A stretch of 64,000 nucleotides of DNA. Origin: a virus. The DNA lies in IMG/VR virus record IMGVR_UViG_3300025828_000014; one strand, 5' to 3'. Shown piece by piece: positions 18,551-26,476 of the stretch. How positions within the stretch are numbered: the stretch's first letter is position 1; each line of letters opens with the position of its first letter. Below the pieces are notes generated by a model. That model saw only the letters and a program-made list of their open reading frames with translations, did not search any database and was not told where the DNA came from. A program made the position numbers and the translations under genes.

Positions 18551-21315
18551 ACTGTTAACGCTCCTTTCAAGAAGTCGTTGCTAATTCCGCGAACTCCGCG
18601 GTTGGTTTGATTTGTTGCTGCGAGTAATTGCATGGTAGTAGTATTTAACCGATTTATGGCAGCAACCACATCAGACTGACGAGTCATATTAGCTTCGCCT
18701 GCTGGTATAATCTGTTCTCCTCTATGCACAAACTGTAATCCATCTTTTTGTTCAAACGGATTTCCAGTTGCTCTTAATGTGCCAACTCTTTTGTTTGGTA
18801 ATGCTGCATTTAGTTGTCCTAATAGTTCTAACGCTTCATTAGAAATTGTTCCTTGTTGATTTTGTATTCTCAATTCATCCAATGCTCTGCTTAAATCGCC
18901 AACAGTTCTATTGTTACTCCACGAATTTTGGACGTTGCCAGCCCAGAACCCAGTGTCTAAGCCGCTTGCTGCGAATATCTTATTTACTAATTCTTGTCCA
19001 CCCACTTCATTAACATCTGTTAATCCGTATAATCCAAATTTAGCAAGATCGTCAAAATTTAATAGTCCATCTCCTTGAATGTCATTTAATATAGTTTCTG
19101 CTCCAGCACTATCGGGTGTACCAGTAACTGATGTTCTTTTACCTTCTCCGGTAACAGCTTTTACCGCAGCACTTACTGCTGTGCTAATTAATGTTGGTAT
19201 CTTTTCATTTATAATATCTAAAATTGAATTTGTCAAGTCTGTGACTAGTGAGGTTAATTTTTGTGTAAACGTTTCACCTGGAGACATACCAAGCCAGTCA
19301 CGCAGACTGGTTTCTACAGTATCCATTGCATTTGATATAGCATCTGACATTGCTTGTATTACAGTATTGTTCTTCATAAAATCACTAAAGGCAGTGCTTA
19401 CACTAGAAATTACACCTTGATCAGAAAAAATACTTGAAATTGCATCATTAATTTTTGTAATAAACCCTTGATCGCTTGTTAAGTCTGTGAATATTTTAGT
19501 TACTGCATTACTGATGTTTGTTATAAAACCTTGATCGCTTGTTAGGTTTGTAAAAATGTCAGTGACACTTTTTGTTACATCACTTATAAATGTTCCGTCT
19601 GCTGTTAGTTTTTCGTATACACCTTTAATACTATCACTGATACTAGTTAAAAAATTACTTGCACCGTCTCCGCTGAATGCATTTGCTATACCGTCTGTGA
19701 TTTTTTTAAGTATGCCGCCAGCTCGTTGTCCTCTGTTTGGACCTCCAGGTTCACTTTCAATAGGACCTAACAAATAGTCAGCAATAGCATTACCTGCTTC
19801 TGTGACTTTCATTTTCAAAAATTCTAAAGGTGTTCCGCCTTCTGCACTAAAGTTATTAAAATCATCTATAAATGCTTGTAACGGTTGAGTAATATTTTCA
19901 ACAAACCATGTATCAATTGTTGTTGTAAAATTTTTAATGCCTTCGCTTGCATTAGCAAAAGCACCGCTTTCACCTTGTTCGCCAAACAATTGTTTGAATG
20001 TCTCAGACAGGCTGTTGCCAATTCTTTTCAAAGATTCAAACGTTTCACTGTTCAAAAATTCCTCTAAGATAAATGATGACAATCTTGATATTGCATCTGA
20101 AAATCCTGCAAACAATTCTGTTAGTTTATTACGTTGTTCTTGTTCTTTTTCAGCTGCATCAGGATCAATGTTTGCCATTGCTCTAAAGGCAGGCATCGCA
20201 TCAAACAGTGCAGCCAAAGGACTACCTTGTGCTCTCAATGCTCTAATCTGTGCTGGATCCATTGCTGCAACAGTATTACCAATAAGAGGACCAAGTTGCT
20301 GCATGTTTCTTAGGAATTCAGTATTGCTCATACCTTCCATGTTTCTAATCAAGTTAACCATTTGTTGACCAGCAGCACTTTGACTCAAACCTATTTCTAA
20401 TTGGCTACCACGCAATCCACTTGCCATGTCCATGATGTCGCCAGTAAAGCCTGGTAAGAAACTTGCAAGACTTGCCATGTTGCGTTCCAGTTGTCCTGCA
20501 CCGTCAGCACTTGCTCTTGCTTGCAATGCCTGGAATGCTGCACTGTTTTGCAACTCGCTGGTTTGATTCAATAATTCTTGTCTGTTTTTGCCTGTTGCTT
20601 TTGCAAGCAAGTCAATTTCTTTTAGATAGTTTGCACTGCCTTCAATTAACTCTGCATTGCTCATGCGTTGCAATAATCCTTGGCGTTGCATGTTGTTTGA
20701 ATAAGACAGAAAGCCTTCGTTGATATCTTGAGCAGTAAATCCTAATTGTAAAAGTCTTTGACCAAGATCACTTTGACGGATACCTTTTGATATTTCTGAG
20801 AAACGTTTTGCACCGTCTGTGACTGTGCCGCCTAGCATCCTTAACACTTCACTGTTGCCAGATATAGTTTCGTAAAACTGTGTCATAGCCATGCCACTGG
20901 TTGCAGCAACTTTGTTCATTTCAAAAATACTGTTGCTGAATCCTGCACCAACTTGGCTTAGTTCTCTAAATTGATGTGTGCTTTGGTCAGCATATTCAAC
21001 TAGTCTTTGTAGTGCGCTGTTGCTGCCTAAAATGTATTTGCTAAAGTCGCTTACACCACTAACACCGTGTTGCAAAACATTGGCATACTTGTTTAAACCT
21101 TTTCCAGCTAGGTCAGCTGCTTTACCAAGTAGTCCAAGTTCTTTTGTGCCTTTTGCTACAGAATCATTGTGTGCTTTGCGTAGTCTAGCTTCAGCTTGAG
21201 CCGCAGCATTGGTGCCTCTTTGCATTGATCTTGTTAATTCAACAAGTCTCATAAGAGTTGCTTCACTGGCTACACCATCTGGTCCACCTACATTACGAAT
21301 ATCTGTATCAGTCAC
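18547..21315 (-). CDS. Tape-measure-like / gp29-like tail length protein
   Basis: 922 aa, helical, Ala/Gly/Ser/Gln-rich, internal 21-aa repeats (TSDQGFIT.I..A...IF..L), C-terminal FVHRGEQIIPA motif; divergent from the gp26-like gene. Confidence 0.65.
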   Translation of the reverse strand: MTDTDIRNVGGPDGVASEATLMRLVELTRSMQRGTNAAAQAEARLRKAHNDSVAKGTKELGLLGKAADLAGKGLNKYANVLQHGVSGVSDFSKYILGSNSALQRLVEYADQSTHQFRELSQVGAGFSNSIFEMNKVAATSGMAMTQFYETISGNSEVLRMLGGTVTDGAKRFSEISKGIRQSDLGQRLLQLGFTAQDINEGFLSYSNNMQRQGLLQRMSNAELIEGSANYLKEIDLLAKATGKNRQELLNQTSELQNSAAFQALQARASADGAGQLERNMASLASFLPGFTGDIMDMASGLRGSQLEIGLSQSAAGQQMVNLIRNMEGMSNTEFLRNMQQLGPLIGNTVAAMDPAQIRALRAQGSPLAALFDAMPAFRAMANIDPDAAEKEQEQRNKLTELFAGFSDAISRLSSFILEEFLNSETFESLKRIGNSLSETFKQLFGEQGESGAFANASEGIKNFTTTIDTWFVENITQPLQAFIDDFNNFSAEGGTPLEFLKMKVTEAGNAIADYLLGPIESEPGGPNRGQRAGGILKKITDGIANAFSGDGASNFLTSISDSIKGVYEKLTADGTFISDVTKSVTDIFTNLTSDQGFITNISNAVTKIFTDLTSDQGFITKINDAISSIFSDQGVISSVSTAFSDFMKNNTVIQAMSDAISNAMDTVETSLRDWLGMSPGETFTQKLTSLVTDLTNSILDIINEKIPTLISTAVSAAVKAVTGEGKRTSVTGTPDSAGAETILNDIQGDGLLNFDDLAKFGLYGLTDVNEVGGQELVNKIFAASGLDTGFWAGNVQNSWSNNRTVGDLSRALDELRIQNQQGTISNEALELLGQLNAALPNKRVGTLRATGNPFEQKDGLQFVHRGEQIIPAGEANMTRQSDVVAAINRLNTTTMQLLAATNQTNRGVRGISNDFLKGALTV

Positions 21316-21346
21316 TTTTGATTCCTAAATTAACTACGCACTTAAT

Positions 21347-21377
21347 TAAATATGGTATATACTGTATAAGTTATTTA
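21347..21377. promoter_or_regulatory. Face-to-face pair of late promoter boxes (TAAATA + at 21347-21352; TAAATA - at 21372-21377)
   Basis: Both hexamers lie in the 75-nt gap between the divergent genes. Confidence 0.6.
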
Positions 21378-21390
21378 TCCGGAGAAAAAT

Positions 21391-22245
21391 ATGAGCGAAA
21401 TAACAGCAAATCCGCTGATGAAACATTTTCGTCAGCCCAAATTGTTTATCGATTTACCTAGTAAAGGGTTGTTCTATGCACCTGGATCGCTAGAAAAAAC
21501 AGAAAACAATCAATATGCAGTTTATCCTATGACGGCAAAAGACGAAATCATGATCAAAACGCCTGATGCATTGCTCAACGGACAAAGCACAGTCAATGTG
21601 ATTCAAAACTGTGTGCCTGCTATCAAGAACGCATGGATGGTGCCAAGTATTGATCTTGATGCACTGCTTACAGCAATTCGTATTGCAACTTATGGTGAAA
21701 TGTTAACTATGGATATAACTATTCCAGGCACAGCAGAAGAGCGTAGCTTTGAAACAAACTTAGTTGAATTACTAGACGAACTTAACAGTCAAACTTATGA
21801 TCCAATCTTTGAACACAACGAGTTTAAAGTAGAAACACAACCAATGAACTATAGACAGTTTACAGATGTTGCACTCAAAACATTCGAAGAACAGCGTATT
21901 CTTCGTATTGTTGATGACGAAAAATTGAGTGAAGTAGAAAAACTATCTCAGTTTAATGAAACATTCTCAAGACTCACAGAAATGAATCTAACAAGTGTGT
22001 ATTCAAGTGTTGTAAGCATCACAGTAGGTGATCAAACTGTAACTGATAAAAATCACATCATGGAGTTTTTACAGAACGCACCTGTTGAATTTTACAAGTC
22101 ACTGCTTGACCATGTTGATAATCAACGCAAAAAATTTGCTGTAAAACCAAGAAAAATTGTCACAACAGAAGAGGATAGAGCAACTGGCGCTCCTGAAACA
22201 TTTGAAGTGCCTATTAACTTTGACGCTTCAAATTTTTTCGCATAA
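21391..22245 (+). CDS. gp26: Baseplate hub assembly protein, gp26-like
   Basis: IDLPSKG..Y, PMTAKDEI, SIDLDALLTAIRIATYGE, C-terminal NFF; these match T4-like gp26 patterns. Confidence 0.75.
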   Translation: MSEITANPLMKHFRQPKLFIDLPSKGLFYAPGSLEKTENNQYAVYPMTAKDEIMIKTPDALLNGQSTVNVIQNCVPAIKNAWMVPSIDLDALLTAIRIATYGEMLTMDITIPGTAEERSFETNLVELLDELNSQTYDPIFEHNEFKVETQPMNYRQFTDVALKTFEEQRILRIVDDEKLSEVEKLSQFNETFSRLTEMNLTSVYSSVVSITVGDQTVTDKNHIMEFLQNAPVEFYKSLLDHVDNQRKKFAVKPRKIVTTEEDRATGAPETFEVPINFDASNFFA

Positions 22246-22250
22246 GGATC

Positions 22251-22469
22251 TTGGCTCTCCCCGTGGAGAAAATATTACAAGAGGTCAAGGTCCAAGAAGA
22301 AGAAATTAAACAACTCCGCTACGATTTAGCCAAAATGGTTTGGCACATGCGTGGTGGTTTGAGTTATGATGATGCTTTTATGCTGTCTCCAGAGGACAGA
22401 GAAGTTATAGCTAAACTTGCCGAAGATAATTTAGAAGTTGCTAAGAAAACACAACAGCCGTTTTTTTAA
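22251..22469 (+). CDS. gp51-like small hub/chaperone ORF, possibly expressed as a -1 frameshift extension of gp26
   Basis: MRGGLSYDDAFMLSPEDRE motif; TTG start with poorly spaced SD; the -1 frame is open back through T TTT TTC at 22233-22239. Confidence 0.6.
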   Translation: MALPVEKILQEVKVQEEEIKQLRYDLAKMVWHMRGGLSYDDAFMLSPEDREVIAKLAEDNLEVAKKTQQPFF

Positions 22470-23143
22470 TCTTTAGTTACAGTGTAACCTGCTTTTTTCA
22501 AAAGTGCAATTGCTTTTTGTGTTGCATCACCTGGTGCACCCTGAGCAGACTTAAATGTTGCAGGTGGTTCGTCACCAGCAAATTTACCTTTTGAATATCC
22601 TGCTTTGCTAGTAAAGCCTTTTCTTACAACTTGGTCAATAACACTTTTGATTTGTCCGCCGCTTAATACATCGCCTGCTGCTGCTTCATCGTATTGACTT
22701 GCTGCTAGTCTTGCAATCTTCTGTTGATCAGCTGGCATCTTGTTAATGCTTGCTGCACTTCCTTGATTGCCTAAACCAGCTGCGGCTGCTGCTTGACCAG
22801 CTGCTGTCTTTTGTGCTGCTGCTTGGGCTGCTGCTTTTTTATCCTGTGCAGCAGCTTTTGCTCTCATCTTGCTGCCTTTGCTTGGTAGTGCTTTAATAAT
22901 AGCTGCTGCTTCTGCTCCGTAACCTTTTTGCTTCAAGTAATTTAACAGTGTGCCAGCAGTTGCAGGCTGCTTGCTTGTTTTAAGAAATGCGTTAAACTCA
23001 ATACGCAATTGATTTACTTCGTCTTTTATACTTTGTTTGCCAGCTTTATTTGCTGCACGTTGTTGACGAGCAAGTTTTCCAAACGGATTTAATCCAATTT
23101 CATCTAATTCATTTTGTTCTGCAATAACTTGAAATACTTTCAT
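22466..23143 (-). CDS. Ala/Lys-rich hypothetical protein, possibly an internal head protein
   Basis: TAAATA at 23165-23170; short acidic N-terminus ending in LDE followed by a basic body. Confidence 0.6.
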   Translation of the reverse strand: MKVFQVIAEQNELDEIGLNPFGKLARQQRAANKAGKQSIKDEVNQLRIEFNAFLKTSKQPATAGTLLNYLKQKGYGAEAAAIIKALPSKGSKMRAKAAAQDKKAAAQAAAQKTAAGQAAAAAGLGNQGSAASINKMPADQQKIARLAASQYDEAAAGDVLSGGQIKSVIDQVVRKGFTSKAGYSKGKFAGDEPPATFKSAQGAPGDATQKAIALLKKAGYTVTKD

Positions 23144-23163
23144 GAGAGTTTCCTTAATATAAA

Positions 23164-23649
23164 TTATTTATCTTCTGCATATATTTGTTTTAACTTTTCA
23201 TCAGCAAACACTTCTTTGCCACCTCTATCCTTGAAACCTAATCCAAGAATAATTTTATCACGTATTTCACAGGTGCTGCTCCAACTCAATGTGTTTGCTG
23301 CTTGAATAACTTTACCTGTTATCACAGCATTACCTAAAGTTGACTCTAACAGCAAAACAATTCGTGGCAATCTACTAGTGTCACTAGTAACTCTACCAAC
23401 TGGCAATGTCCAACTTTCTTTGTATATATTTTTTATCTCTTTTTTACGAGTGATAGTTTCATATTCATATCCTTTAAGCATATCAAGGAGTATGTTTAAA
23501 TCTTTTTCATCAATATGAAACACGCCATCTTCTTCATCACTTGCCCAATTGCGTTCACACTTACCACACTGTCCACTATTAGGTGTTCTCCAACACATTT
23601 GTGGAGTATTTGCTTTTTTTACAATATTTCTTACTAATTCTGTTGCCAT
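23164..23649 (-). CDS. Hypothetical protein (start revised to MATEL)
   Basis: TAAATA at 23654-23659 just upstream of the ATG at 23649; contains a C..CGKC cluster. Confidence 0.6.
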   Translation of the reverse strand: MATELVRNIVKKANTPQMCWRTPNSGQCGKCERNWASDEEDGVFHIDEKDLNILLDMLKGYEYETITRKKEIKNIYKESWTLPVGRVTSDTSRLPRIVLLLESTLGNAVITGKVIQAANTLSWSSTCEIRDKIILGLGFKDRGGKEVFADEKLKQIYAEDK

Positions 23650-23739
23650 ATTATATTTACTACTATTAAGATGAACTACGTTCATCTGTGTTTTCGTTGT
23701 CACTCAACACATATTTGTTTATCTTAAGTGCGAAGCACT

Positions 23740-24020
23740 GTAGTTTCATACAGATTAATTGGTCAGACGGAACCTACTAGCGGTTCCATCTTCTCAAAGC
23801 TTCATACGAGTAGCATGGCCGAGATCGGAAGTAGGTATTTGACTATGCTACTGGGCTCTGACCTTTCCCAACCTACGTCGACATCACGCAAAATGCGCTA
23901 TCCCCCGCTTCGTTCCTAGTGCTAAGGGGTTTTCGTAGCATACAGCCTGTTGGACTTCACCAGTATCTGATCACGTGGTTACGTGAAGCTCAAGGTGGAT
24001 CGAACAATTCCGATCAAACA
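23740..24020 (-). ncRNA. Putative large structured (pseudoknotted) non-coding RNA downstream of the GIY-YIG gene
   Basis: About 50% GC by my count over 23761-24000, unlike the AT-rich spacers elsewhere; many 6-9 bp complementary segments, with G-U pairs favouring the minus strand. Family not recognised. Confidence 0.6.
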
Positions 24021-24448
24021 GTGTCCTGATGTGCCTTTAAATTTTCTCTAAGTATTTTTGAACCACCAACTCGAACGTTTATAATACCATTGTAGTATTC
24101 ATCTGTTTCTAAAACTCTACGTTCAAATTGTTCTCGTGCCTCTAAGTATGACATTTCGCCTCTAGATTTACAAAAGTAAAGTATTTCTCTAGTGAATTTG
24201 TTTTCGCCTAATTTTTCTACGTCTGCTATTAGTTTATCTGATGATCCCCAATAGTCTCGCCAATCTGATTCTTTGTGACCTCTGCGTTTGTTCTTTTTGC
24301 CTTTTAGAGGTGGCTTGGTTGTTTTAAATTTAGCTAGTTTTTTGCCTACATATTTGCGATTGTCTGTTAAATTGGTTATAAGGTAAACGAATCCTTCATA
24401 TTCATCCGATATTTCGGTTATTTCTTTACCTTTGTAAGTCCAATTCAT
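24014..24448 (-). CDS. Small GIY-YIG endonuclease
   Basis: GFVYLITNLTDNRKYVGKK, YWGSS, FTREIL, conserved E in YLEAREQ, YYNG; catalytic domain only. Confidence 0.88.
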   Translation of the reverse strand: MNWTYKGKEITEISDEYEGFVYLITNLTDNRKYVGKKLAKFKTTKPPLKGKKNKRRGHKESDWRDYWGSSDKLIADVEKLGENKFTREILYFCKSRGEMSYLEAREQFERRVLETDEYYNGIINVRVGGSKILRENLKAHQDTV

Positions 24449-24455
24449 ATAATAG

Positions 24456-24698
24456 TTACTTGTTTGTCTTTGCTTCTCGTGCCTTTTCTGGATTATTTTT
24501 TGCTCTGCCGTCTTTTACATGCCTAATATGTTCTTGTAGTATTTCTTCTCGCCTAACATTGCATAGATTGCGTAGTTCAGATAGCTTTTTACGCACCTTC
24601 CTGCGTTTTAATTCTGCAGGACGATGGTTGAATATTTCGTTTAGTTCAAAATATTCAAGCACAGCAAGTATTATTTTATCGTGTGTATCCGAATCCAT
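24456..24698 (-). CDS. Hypothetical basic helical protein
   Basis: ORF translationally coupled to gp46 (TAATG overlap at 24698). Confidence 0.7.
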   Translation of the reverse strand: MDSDTHDKIILAVLEYFELNEIFNHRPAELKRRKVRKKLSELRNLCNVRREEILQEHIRHVKDGRAKNNPEKAREAKTNK

Positions 24699-26476
24699 TA
24701 ATCTACTATGTCAATATCTGTTGCATAACTTGTAAAGCCGTTTTCTTTAACAACTCTTAATACATTATTCACTCTGCCTACTAGTTCATCCTTGTGACTA
24801 ATCAAGAAAACGTTCTTATCACGCTCTCTAGTCATCTTTTTCAGTATGCCTATGCTGTTTTCTACGCCTGCTGTGTCCATTCCGCTATCAATAAGCTCGT
24901 CAATGAACAACAAGTTAATGCCTTGATATAAACTTTCCCAAACATCGCGGAATGCAAAGGAAAGACCGAGTATTAGCCTGTTACGTTCGCCACGTGACAA
25001 GTTATCAAAGTCTAAATCCTGTCCTAGCTGTGTAATTTCTACGTTTAAATCATTTTGGAACACAACTTGATGCGGTAAGCCTATTTTATCTAAGTAGTAA
25101 GTTAGCCTATTGTTTAGATATGCTAAGTTTTGATCAATAATCTTCTTTCTAATAAACGAATCTTTGTTTGTAAGTAACTTCAACAAGAAGTCTTGATGCT
25201 CTTTTACATTGTTTAGTTCGTTAATAGGTGCCCAATTGATCTCTTGTAATGCTGTATTGGTTAAATCGTTAATTTGTGCCTGGTAAGGATCTTCTTCTTG
25301 CTGTTTACTTAGCAAAGATTTCTTCAAATTATCTACATTGTTTCTATGTTCATATGCTTCTTTTACAGTTTCATAAAATGTTGTAGGACGACCGTTGATA
25401 TCACCAATTTTGTTAAGACCTTTAACAACATCATCTAATTTTCCAGCAACTTCTGTCTGATATGCCATAGAATCTTGCAAATCTTTGCTTTTAGTTGCAA
25501 GAATCTCTGCTTTTTTGTCTTCATGTAGTGCTTGTCCACATGTATAACAAGTAGCATCGTCAAGTTCTGCAATATCCTTGGTTGCGTTATCTACACTTTT
25601 GTTTGCTCTCATTAGAGCACTTTCTAATGTGGCTTTTTCTTTGTTAAGTGCAGCAATTGCAGCGTTTAACTCAGTCCAATTTTGCAATTTTTCATGACTA
25701 TCTAATTCTGCATCAATATCTAGTTGTTCTAGCTCTATAATAGCAGACTCTAAACGTTCAATATCGGTATTATGCTTGGCTTTCCATGCACGTTGCGTTT
25801 GTTTTAGATTGTTAATAGTGTTTTCAATGCCTTCGTTGGCTTTTTGTATAGCTTCTATCTTTAATGTTTCTTCTGTAATAGTATCTTTTGTTAATCTGAT
25901 ACTGTCTTTTAATAAATTTGCCTTTTCTGTAAGTATTGTAATACCAAGTAGCTGTTCAATAATAGCTCTTTGGTCATTTGCTCGCATACTTAGGAAAGGT
26001 TCTGTGTATGTATTAAGTGCAACAATGTGTTTGAACATATCATGACTCATATCCAACAAGTCATTGATAGTTTCTTGTGTTTTTCTACTGTCGCCTTGAC
26101 TGTTATCTTCTAATTCATCAAGTTGTTCACTGTCGTTTACGTAAAACTTTAGTATGTTAGGCGATCTACCACGTTCAATGCGGTATTTGTTACCACCTTT
26201 TTCAAAGTTTAGTGTAACCAACATGCCCTTGCTGTTGGTTTTGTTTATCAAGTTGTTACGCTTGATATTTGTTAGTGCTTGGCCGAACAAGGCGTAAGAT
26301 AATCCATTGATTATTGTAGTTTTGCCTGTTCCGTTTCGTGATCCAGTGTCGTCACCTCCTTGATCTAAATTTTCACCAAGCACTAGAGTGAGTTGATCCT
26401 CTTGGAAATCAACTGCTTGGGTAACATTACCCACACTCATAAAGTTTTTTACTGTAAGATCTTTTAATTTAATCAT
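24698..26476 (-). CDS. gp46: Recombination ATPase gp46 (SbcC/Rad50-like)
   Basis: Walker A NGTGKTT, zinc hook CYTC, signature LSRGE, Walker B LLFIDE, H-loop ISH. Confidence 0.96.
   Translation of the reverse strand: MIKLKDLTVKNFMSVGNVTQAVDFQEDQLTLVLGENLDQGGDDTGSRNGTGKTTIINGLSYALFGQALTNIKRNNLINKTNSKGMLVTLNFEKGGNKYRIERGRSPNILKFYVNDSEQLDELEDNSQGDSRKTQETINDLLDMSHDMFKHIVALNTYTEPFLSMRANDQRAIIEQLLGITILTEKANLLKDSIRLTKDTITEETLKIEAIQKANEGIENTINNLKQTQRAWKAKHNTDIERLESAIIELEQLDIDAELDSHEKLQNWTELNAAIAALNKEKATLESALMRANKSVDNATKDIAELDDATCYTCGQALHEDKKAEILATKSKDLQDSMAYQTEVAGKLDDVVKGLNKIGDINGRPTTFYETVKEAYEHRNNVDNLKKSLLSKQQEEDPYQAQINDLTNTALQEINWAPINELNNVKEHQDFLLKLLTNKDSFIRKKIIDQNLAYLNNRLTYYLDKIGLPHQVVFQNDLNVEITQLGQDLDFDNLSRGERNRLILGLSFAFRDVWESLYQGINLLFIDELIDSGMDTAGVENSIGILKKMTRERDKNVFLISHKDELVGRVNNVLRVVKENGFTSYATDIDIVD

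Noticed and set aside
23850-23875. GGGAAAGGUCAGAGCCC resembling the RNase P RNA P4 segment GAGGAAAGUCC
   Set aside because: Lacks the conserved bulged-U P4 sequence, the matching 3' CGGCUUA strand and other RNase P conserved regions; no group I P7 or tmRNA/tRNA ends seen either.
23728-23919. 63-aa plus-strand ORF in the GC-rich gap
   Set aside because: GTG start without SD, atypical composition, opposite to flanking genes; base-pairing pattern explains the region better.
24014-24448. GIY-YIG gene as an intron-encoded homing endonuclease
   Set aside because: No interrupted host gene flanks it and no recognisable group I core; it looks free-standing.
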